64,000 nucleotides of DNA from an uncultured delta proteobacterium (GTDB lineage: Bacteria > Desulfobacterota > Binatia > Binatales > Binataceae), in assembly GCA_963794325.1 (NCBI GenBank), contig CAWCDG010000006.1, positions 83,179 through 147,178 on the forward strand. Reading direction: 5' to 3'. The position numbers and the translations under genes were made by a program. This document shows positions 57,399 to 64,000 of this stretch, in pieces (position 1 is the stretch's first letter; each line of letters begins with the position of its first letter). The notes under the pieces are model-generated. The model worked only from the letters and a program-made list of their open reading frames with translations. It ran no database searches and was not told the DNA's origin.

Positions 57399-58514
57399 TC
57401 AGGCAGCGGCCGACCTTCCTTCAGGATATGATCCCAGGACCTTCAAGAATAGAGCCTTGCTCGAAAGAGATTTGAGTGCGCGCGCGAGTTTGGGGTCGTC
57501 GCGATGGCCGGTAACGTCGACGAAGAACAGGTATTCCCACGGACGAGCGCGCAGCGGGCGCGATTCGATCTTCGAAATATTTATCGCGTTGCGCGCAAAC
57601 AGGTTGAGCGCCTGGTTGAGGGTGCCGACCCGATCGGCGACGGCGAACAGCAGCGTGGTCTTGTCCTTGCCTGAGCGCTCGACCGGCCGCGTGCCGATCA
57701 CGAGGAATCGCGTCGTGTTGGCTGCGACATCCTGCACGTTCGATGCGATTACCTTGAGCCCGTAGGCCTCGCCCGCAGCCTTCGACGCGATGGCGGCAAT
57801 CGAGCCGTCGGCGGCCGCTCGCTGCGCCGCCAGCGCGTTGGATGCGACCGCCTCGGTCTCGCAATGCGGAAAATTCGAGCTGATATACCCGCGGCACTGC
57901 GCGAGGCTTTGCTGATGCGACACGATCCGCTTCACGCTGTCCGCCACTCCACTCAACGACATTATCGAATGTCGAATGGGCAGGAGCACCTCGCCGACTA
58001 TCACCAGCGAAGTATCTATAAGGAGGTCGAGCGTCAGCGTGACCGAACCTTCGGTCGAGTTCTCGACCGGTACGACGCCGAAATCCGCGCGGCCGTTCTC
58101 GATGGCCTGGAAGACTGCGGCGAACGACTCCAGCGGCATCATCGCGACGCTCGAACCGAAGCGCATCCGGGTCGCCTCGTGCGAATAGGTATGCTCGGGG
58201 CCGAGGAAGGCGACGCGCGGCTCATGCTCGAGCGCGCGGCACGCCGAAATTATCTCGATGTAAATCCGCTTGACCTGATCGTCGGTGAGCGGACCCGGGT
58301 TCTCGGCGAGCATCTTTTCGATAATCGCGCGCTCGCGCACGGGCTGGTAAACTTCGCCGCCCTCAAGATGCTTGAGGCGTCCGATCTCGGTGGCGACGCT
58401 GGCGCGGGCCGAGATGAGCCGCAGAATTTTGAGATTAATCTCATCCATCCGCGCGCGCAGAGTCTCGATCGACGGCGGCTCGGCAAGCGGCTTCCTGGCA
58501 ATCCGTGATGACAT
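57399..58514 (-). CDS. pheA: Chorismate mutase/prephenate dehydratase (P-protein)
   Basis: N-terminal AroQ domain; PVENSTEG, NTTRF and ACT-domain IESRP. Confidence 0.96.
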   Translation of the reverse strand: MSSRIARKPLAEPPSIETLRARMDEINLKILRLISARASVATEIGRLKHLEGGEVYQPVRERAIIEKMLAENPGPLTDDQVKRIYIEIISACRALEHEPRVAFLGPEHTYSHEATRMRFGSSVAMMPLESFAAVFQAIENGRADFGVVPVENSTEGSVTLTLDLLIDTSLVIVGEVLLPIRHSIMSLSGVADSVKRIVSHQQSLAQCRGYISSNFPHCETEAVASNALAAQRAAADGSIAAIASKAAGEAYGLKVIASNVQDVAANTTRFLVIGTRPVERSGKDKTTLLFAVADRVGTLNQALNLFARNAINISKIESRPLRARPWEYLFFVDVTGHRDDPKLARALKSLSSKALFLKVLGSYPEGRSAAA

Positions 58515-58574
58515 CGAACAAGAAGGGGTATCCGATCGACCGGGCGTTTTCAACGTTTTTCAGTATTACAAAGA

Positions 58575-58627
58575 CGCCTCCGCGGCGGGCGGCAGGGGTG
58601 ACCCCTGCACCCAGTGTTAGGAAAAGA
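58575..58627 (+). repeat. Family A repeat
   Basis: cgcctccgcggcgggcggcaggggtgacccctgcacccagtgttaggaaaaga, close to 12767-12820. Confidence 0.9.
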
Positions 58628-58711
58628 AATCGCAAAATCGCGAGGACGCGCTCTTGCTCCCAGGTTCAGGGAAGATATTAAACCCGTGCTCCGTTGTCCG
58701 CGCGGATCGCG

Positions 58712-58759
58712 CGCGATTGTTCCCCTTCCCTCGAGGGAAGGGGTCAGGGGTTAGGTTGC
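58712..58759 (-). repeat. Family B repeat (left arm of an inverted pair)
   Basis: Reverse complement matches 59274-59321 at 47 of 48 positions. Confidence 0.93.
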
Positions 58760-58764
58760 TGAGA

Positions 58765-59208
58765 TTACTTCACGAAGATTACGCCGAAATGGTTGTCGGT
58801 CACGTCGCCGGTGTCGCTCAGGGTGAAGTTCGACGTGATGTAGCCGCTGGCGCCGGCGAACTGACCTTCGCCGCCGTCGATGCGCCACATCACGGCGCCC
58901 GATTTGAGGCCGGCCTCGGGGCTATCGCCGAGGTAGCCGCGCTCGATCGAACTGAATTGTAAACGATTGCGGTCGCCGAATCGGATACTGCCCTTCTCCA
59001 CAAATGAGGTGTCTCCGGTAATCGTCACTTCCGACTCGAACTCGGCCTTGCCACCAGCCGCTGGTTCAATCTTACCCTTCACGCCGTCGGCACCGACGAC
59101 AGTTGTGACCGTCGTGCTCGGCGAACTGGTCGCGGCTTTCATCACGTTCGCTGAGGGACCGGGGCCGGCCTTTCCCTTGAATTGCATGGCGTAGATTATC
59201 TGTTTCAT
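58765..59208 (-). CDS. Hypothetical all-beta protein with dirigent/allene-oxide-cyclase-like C-terminal motif
   Basis: GAGGAG RBS before MKQIIY; W.I.GGEGQFAGASG motif. Confidence 0.7.
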   Translation of the reverse strand: MKQIIYAMQFKGKAGPGPSANVMKAATSSPSTTVTTVVGADGVKGKIEPAAGGKAEFESEVTITGDTSFVEKGSIRFGDRNRLQFSSIERGYLGDSPEAGLKSGAVMWRIDGGEGQFAGASGYITSNFTLSDTGDVTDNHFGVIFVK

Positions 59209-59273
59209 CGCTCGCTCTCCTCTGATGGCTTCGCGCGCCGTTGATTCGCCAATAACTGCAAACGAGCGGGAAG

Positions 59274-59321
59274 GCAACCTAACCCCTAACCCCTTCCCTC
59301 GAGGGAAGGGGAACAATCGCG
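59274..59321 (+). repeat. Family B repeat (right arm of an inverted pair)
   Basis: Identical to 22996-23043. Confidence 0.93.
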
Positions 59322-59422
59322 GAGGCGCCCTTCCGTTCTTTTGGTAACCAATAGTCATCGTTCGAAAACTTCTTGACAATAAATTCGTAGACTCGTACTG
59401 AATTAAATTATTAATTCGTGCC

Positions 59423-60658
59423 GTGGGGCGTATATCGGGGGCAGTTCTTCTCTTCGCGTTGGCGATAGTGCTGGCGGGTTGTAATGGCGGCGGATCGAGT
59501 TCGTCGGCCACGGCATCGTCGTCGGGGATCGTTCACTTCGTGCCCAACTCGCATGCGTTCTGGAGTGATCAAGCAAACTGGACGACCACGTTCGGGCCCG
59601 CCTACTCCGATATCACGCTCGCGCCGAGCAACTTCGTGCCGTGTCGCGGGGGACCGTTCGCGCTGTGCTATTACTCGGGGCCGAGCGCGGGCGCCGAGGA
59701 TCTGTCGTGCACGCTCACGGCGGACGGCAAGTATGCGAACTGCCAGTGCTACGACATTCCGTACGGCGTGTACTTCGTCGATATCAACGCGATCCTGAAT
59801 CACGCGGTGTATGAAAAAACGATCGCGCAATGCGGCGCCGACGGTAGCATGTGCGCGACGCTCAACTCGGCGCCGGTCTGCGCCAACGTCAATCAGGGAA
59901 ATCTGATACCGGGATCGAGCGTCTACTCGACCTTCAGCTTCGATTGTGTGCCGGAAAACGGGCTGGGCGTGACGAACTGCGCGCAACAGCCGTACGCCGG
60001 ATGCATGACGGCGCCATGCTTCAAAACGTCGCAGGCGGGAATCGTCCAATGCTCGTGCCCGGTGTTCGACGGTCCCTACCAGGTCGGCCAGAACGATCAA
60101 GCGTGCACGCTCAGTGATGGACTGACATGGTCGGCGGCCTATGCTCCGCCAGCGACGGCGTCACCGACACCGACGCCCGCGATGTCCGCGGATGCATATA
60201 AGATGATGTCCGCTGGCGTGCCCGCCGCGATTCCCAGTCCGGGCGCATGTCTGCCCGACGCTCCGGGCGCGCTCGGATGCCCGTTGTACGTCCCCGGCGT
60301 CACGATGATCCCGCCGGACAGCGGCGTCGATTGCGCCAAGGTCTGCGACGAGTATCACAGTTGCTTGCAGCCGAAAGGCGCGCAGGCGGGATTCACGTGC
60401 GACTCCACGCTGTGCACCGACGAATGCAACGATCGCGACCTGGTGAGCGTCGCATGCACGGGTCTGGCGGGATGCGACATCTCGGAAATAGTTAAGGTCG
60501 AGACCGCGGCGAATTGTAGCTGCTGCGCGAGCCAGTTATGCGGTTGCAATCCGAGCGCGAAGACTGACAAAGCGATCTCGGCGCTGAATCAGCAGCAGCG
60601 TGATCGAGGCGTCACGCCGCAATGCGATGTGAACGGGACGTTGTGCGGGTCACCATGA
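59423..60658 (+). CDS. Cysteine-rich two-domain lipoprotein
   Basis: Lipobox LAGC, Gly/Ser tether, 33 Cys by manual count and a central Pro/Thr/Ala linker. Confidence 0.85.
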   Translation: MGRISGAVLLFALAIVLAGCNGGGSSSSATASSSGIVHFVPNSHAFWSDQANWTTTFGPAYSDITLAPSNFVPCRGGPFALCYYSGPSAGAEDLSCTLTADGKYANCQCYDIPYGVYFVDINAILNHAVYEKTIAQCGADGSMCATLNSAPVCANVNQGNLIPGSSVYSTFSFDCVPENGLGVTNCAQQPYAGCMTAPCFKTSQAGIVQCSCPVFDGPYQVGQNDQACTLSDGLTWSAAYAPPATASPTPTPAMSADAYKMMSAGVPAAIPSPGACLPDAPGALGCPLYVPGVTMIPPDSGVDCAKVCDEYHSCLQPKGAQAGFTCDSTLCTDECNDRDLVSVACTGLAGCDISEIVKVETAANCSCCASQLCGCNPSAKTDKAISALNQQQRDRGVTPQCDVNGTLCGSP

Positions 60659-60703
60659 CGTGGCTGAAAAAGTGAGCGGGCCGGTTTTGTGATGTGGCCC
60701 AGA

Positions 60704-60764
60704 ACCCTCACCTGCCGGCGGCTACGCCCGCCGGCTGCCTCTCCCGTAAAGTAACGGGCGAGGT
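60704..60764 (+). repeat. Family C double-hairpin repeat
   Basis: ccctcacc-gccggcgg…cgccggc-cctctcccg…cgggcgagg. Confidence 0.65.
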
Positions 60765-60826
60765 ATTCGGAAGCCTCCGCCCCCGACCCTGAGAGCGAAA
60801 GGTCGTCCTCGACATTTCGCGATTTC

Positions 60827-60871
60827 ACTGGGTGCAGGGGTCACCCCTGCCGCGGAAGCGTGAAACCCGCG
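60827..60871 (-). repeat. Family A repeat, TGAAACCC-arm variant
   Basis: Reverse complement tgaaaccctccgcgggtttcacgcttccgcggcaggggtgacccctgcacccagt is close to 47523-47573. Confidence 0.88.
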
Positions 60872-60884
60872 GAGGGTTTCACAT

Positions 60885-61808
60885 TCAATCGATTGGATCG
60901 CCCTCGACGCGGCCGCGGGTCAGGTATGCGGAGCCCATCGCGGCGAATTTTCGTTCGCGGGCGCGGCGCAATTCATTCGGTTTCAGCTTGACCAGGCGCT
61001 CGAGATGACGCGCGAGTGCTGCGCCGATCAGATGAGCGGCTTCGGCTGGCGCGGTATGCGCTCCGCCGGCTGGCTCGGCGACGATCTCATCGATCAGTCC
61101 CAGCTCGAGCAAGTCGGGCGCCGACAGCTTCAGCGCCGAGGCGGCGGCGGCCACGTTCTCTTCGCCGCCTGCGCGCCAAAGGATCGCGGCGCATCCTTCG
61201 GGCGTGATCACCGAGTAGCACGCGTTTTCCTGCATCAGGACTGTGTTCGCCACGCCCAGCGCGATCGCGCCGCCTGAGCCGCCTTCGCCGATCACGCACG
61301 CGAGGATCGGCACCGTGGCCCGCGCCATCAGTTCGAGGTTGTGCGCAATCGCTTCGGTCTGACCACGCTCCTCCGCGCCGACGCCCGACTCGGCGCCCTG
61401 CGTGTCGATCAGGGTGATTATCGGCAGCCCGAAACGCTCCGCCAGTTGGTAAACGCGGGTCGCCTTGCGATAGCCCTCGGGATGCGGTTTGCCGAAATTG
61501 CGCTTGATTCTTTCGGTGGTCGAGCGGCCCCGCTGATGCCCGACTACCGCGACCGCGCGATGCCCAAAATACGCGAGGCCCGCGACGATTGCGCCGTCGT
61601 CGGCGAAATGGCGGTCGCCGTGAATCTCGATAAAATCGCGCATCAGCAGCTCGATGTAATCGAGGGTCTGCGGGCGATTCGGATGACGCGCGAGGCGGAC
61701 GCGCTCGATAGCACTGAGCGGCTCAGCGAGTTGCGCGTCAGTCGTCGCAGTACCGTTGTTGCGGTTTTTTCCGCTGCGCGGCTTATGTCCGTTGTGATTG
61801 CCTTTCAA
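60885..61808 (-). CDS. accA: Acetyl-CoA carboxylase carboxyltransferase alpha subunit
   Basis: ARHP.RP, HGDR..DD, PEGYRKA, AEERGQ.EAIA, GEGGSGGA and YSVI.PEGCA. Confidence 0.93.
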   Translation of the reverse strand: MKGNHNGHKPRSGKNRNNGTATTDAQLAEPLSAIERVRLARHPNRPQTLDYIELLMRDFIEIHGDRHFADDGAIVAGLAYFGHRAVAVVGHQRGRSTTERIKRNFGKPHPEGYRKATRVYQLAERFGLPIITLIDTQGAESGVGAEERGQTEAIAHNLELMARATVPILACVIGEGGSGGAIALGVANTVLMQENACYSVITPEGCAAILWRAGGEENVAAAASALKLSAPDLLELGLIDEIVAEPAGGAHTAPAEAAHLIGAALARHLERLVKLKPNELRRARERKFAAMGSAYLTRGRVEGDPID

Positions 61809-61814
61809 TTCAGT

Positions 61815-62777
61815 TCACGCCTGAAAAAATTTAGCGAACAACGCAAGAGCATCGTGGGCGCCGCGCCCCGGGTCAAGCCAGACGATATCCGGATCGCGGC
61901 GAAACCAGGTGAGTTGGCGCTTGGCGAGCCGCCGCGATTCCTGCTTGGCGAGAGCGATCGCGTCGGCCAGCGGCATCTCGCCGTGCAAATACGCCGCGAG
62001 CTGCTTGTAGCCAATCGTACTAAGCGGTGGTTTCCCGGGCGAGTATCCAGCCCCGACCAGGGCGCACACTTCCTCGACGAGACCGGCCGCGACCATCGCG
62101 TCGAATCGGGCGTTGATCGCCTCGTAGAGCTTCAGCCGTTCGACTTCGACACCGACGGTGAAAGTGTCGTAGCCGAGGTCGGCGAAGCGATGCCGATCCT
62201 GATGCGCCGAGATCGTTTCGCCGGTCAGCTCGAAGACTTCGAGAGCGCGCACGATTCGATAGAGGTCGTTGACGCCGATTCGATTCGCAGCTTCAGAATC
62301 GACCTCGCGCAGTTTCTGATGCAGATGCGCGACGCCCTGCTCTTCCGCGATTTTGGCCAATCGATCGCGAATTGCCGCCGACGCAGCGGGTCCGCGAAAG
62401 ATTCCGCCGCGGATGACGCGCAGGTAGAGCCCGCTGCCGCCGACTACCAGCGGATTTCGTCCGCGCGCCGCGATGTCCTCGATGGCCGCGCGCCCGAGCT
62501 GTGCGAACTCGGCCACGTCGAGCGACTCGTCGGGATCGCGCACATCTATCAGATGATGCGGCACGCGGGCGCGATCCTCGGGCGACGGTTTCGCGGTGCC
62601 GAGATCCATCCCGCGATAGAATTGGCGCGAGTCGGCGTTGACTATCTCGCAGTTGGAGCGTCGCGCCACTTCCATCGCTAGCGCGGATTTGCCGGCGCCG
62701 GTTGGGCCGACGATGAAGCCGACCTTGATTCTCGCCGGTCGCATCGAGGTGTCCAATTCCGCGACTGAAACACTCAT
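61815..62777 (-). CDS. miaA: tRNA dimethylallyltransferase
   Basis: GPTGAGKS, NADSRQ.Y.GMD.GTAKP, VGGSGLY and AKRQLTWF. Confidence 0.97.
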   Translation of the reverse strand: MSVSVAELDTSMRPARIKVGFIVGPTGAGKSALAMEVARRSNCEIVNADSRQFYRGMDLGTAKPSPEDRARVPHHLIDVRDPDESLDVAEFAQLGRAAIEDIAARGRNPLVVGGSGLYLRVIRGGIFRGPAASAAIRDRLAKIAEEQGVAHLHQKLREVDSEAANRIGVNDLYRIVRALEVFELTGETISAHQDRHRFADLGYDTFTVGVEVERLKLYEAINARFDAMVAAGLVEEVCALVGAGYSPGKPPLSTIGYKQLAAYLHGEMPLADAIALAKQESRRLAKRQLTWFRRDPDIVWLDPGRGAHDALALFAKFFQA

Positions 62778-64000
62778 CGGCGGAACATCCGCTCAATTTG
62801 CCCGCGGGCAAACTGGATATGCACCGGGCGGCCGTGCGGGCAGTTGGTCTTGAATTCGGTGCGATCGAGGTCGGCGAGCAGCGAATGGATTTCTGCGAGC
62901 TCGAGTACGCGTCCGACGCGAACCGAACCGTGACAGGCGAGCTGCTTCAGCCAATTCTCGAAGGCAGCCTCGCCGCCGCCGCGAAAGCCGGCATCGCCCA
63001 TGCTCTCGATCATATCGCCAAGCAGCTTCGCACCGCCCTCGGGCCCGAACACGGCGGGTGCGCCCTTGAGCAGCAAGGTAGTTGGCCCGAACGGCTCGAC
63101 GTCGAAACCCATCGCGCGGATTTCAGTGAGAGCGGCCTGGACCATCGTGGCGCGCGCGGGGTTCAGCTCGACCGACACCGGCGCGAGCATCGCTTGCGTG
63201 CGAATGCCTCCGTCGCGGAGCTCGCGGCGCAATCTTTCGAAAGTGACGCGCTCGTGCGCTGCGTGCTGATCGATCAGGAGCAGCCCTTCCTCAGTCTCGA
63301 GCGCGATATATCCCGCGAAGATTTGCCCGATCACGCGGAGCTTGGAGTACATCGGTATTGGCGCGGCGGGAATTGGCGCGGCCGGATTTGCGCCGGGGCG
63401 CGCGTCGCGATCGTATGCGAGGGTGAGCGGGCGCTGATAAGCGACAGGAGTAGGCGTATCGGGGACCAGTCGCAGCGGCGAGTCGCCGCGCATACTCGGC
63501 GATCGGTCATCGGAGCGATCTTGGGAGCGATCTTGCGCGCCCTTCGACGACATCGTGATGAGACCCATCGCAGTGTCGTCGGTGGATGGCGCAACCGGGT
63601 CAGTGGAAATTGGAGCGGGCGCGTTTTCGGTCTGGTCCGCCAGGCGATCGCGAATCGCGTGATAGACTACATCGAAAACCGCGCCGCCGTTGCGAAATCG
63701 CACCTCGGTCTTCATCGGGTGCACGTTGACGTCAACGTCCTCGGGACGAATATCGACGAACAGCATCGTCGCCGGATGGCGTCCGCGCGGGATGAGCGTC
63801 TGGTAGGCCTGCTCGATTGCCCGAATCAGCATCCGGTCACGAACCGAGCGACCGTTGACGAAGGTGAAAATCATTCTGCCCGTCGCGAAAGATTCCTGGC
63901 TGGAGGCGGCCAGCCCTTGCGCACGAATTCCCGGGCGATCGAGATCGAACGCCAGCATCTTCGACGCGATCTTTGGACCGAACACCTGGCGGAATCGCTC
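62774..64000 (-). CDS. mutL: DNA mismatch repair protein MutL (5'-truncated by the window edge)
   Basis: VDVNVHP.K.EVRF; endonuclease motif DQHAAHER; ACH and CPHGRP. Confidence 0.97.
   Translation of the reverse strand, partial: ERFRQVFGPKIASKMLAFDLDRPGIRAQGLAASSQESFATGRMIFTFVNGRSVRDRMLIRAIEQAYQTLIPRGRHPATMLFVDIRPEDVDVNVHPMKTEVRFRNGGAVFDVVYHAIRDRLADQTENAPAPISTDPVAPSTDDTAMGLITMSSKGAQDRSQDRSDDRSPSMRGDSPLRLVPDTPTPVAYQRPLTLAYDRDARPGANPAAPIPAAPIPMYSKLRVIGQIFAGYIALETEEGLLLIDQHAAHERVTFERLRRELRDGGIRTQAMLAPVSVELNPARATMVQAALTEIRAMGFDVEPFGPTTLLLKGAPAVFGPEGGAKLLGDMIESMGDAGFRGGGEAAFENWLKQLACHGSVRVGRVLELAEIHSLLADLDRTEFKTNCPHGRPVHIQFARGQIERMFRR

Noticed and set aside
59423-60658. Multiheme cytochrome
   Set aside because: No CxxCH motifs.
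63512-63535. 12-bp tandem repeat in mutL (QDRS twice)
   Set aside because: Lies in the variable linker; not the known mutator-switch repeat in the ATPase domain.

Overview
High-GC bacterial chromosomal window. The gene content (several LLM oxidoreductases, DUF1329, amidohydrolase, ArsA pair, small secreted proteins) is suggestive of Candidatus Binatota or related lineages; this is inference only. The right end is a core block on the minus strand (mutL-miaA-accA, then pheA-hisC-tyrA-cmk-rpsA-ihfB-HIT-AAA/vWA), interrupted by accessory insertions: a 33-Cys lipoprotein, an inverted-repeat-flanked beta-barrel gene, a DUF1648 gene and an orphan Dam-type methylase. The middle holds catabolic and redox enzymes and a TetR/HlyD/ABC efflux operon. 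The left holds a GH29 gene, a deacetylase-FHA/CAP operon, tatBC-GH15 and a lower-GC island. That island carries two Tad minor-pilin cassettes with no pilus machinery. Each cassette is preceded by a homologous ~125-bp sigma-54 promoter/enhancer module with identical internal spacing. The enhancer-like palindrome (GTRGC-N6-GCYAC) also occurs upstream of two small orphan genes. Three families of short palindromic extragenic repeats are dispersed through the window. I found no tRNA, rRNA, CRISPR array, transposase or integrase. All family assignments come from motif recognition by eye, not from database searches.
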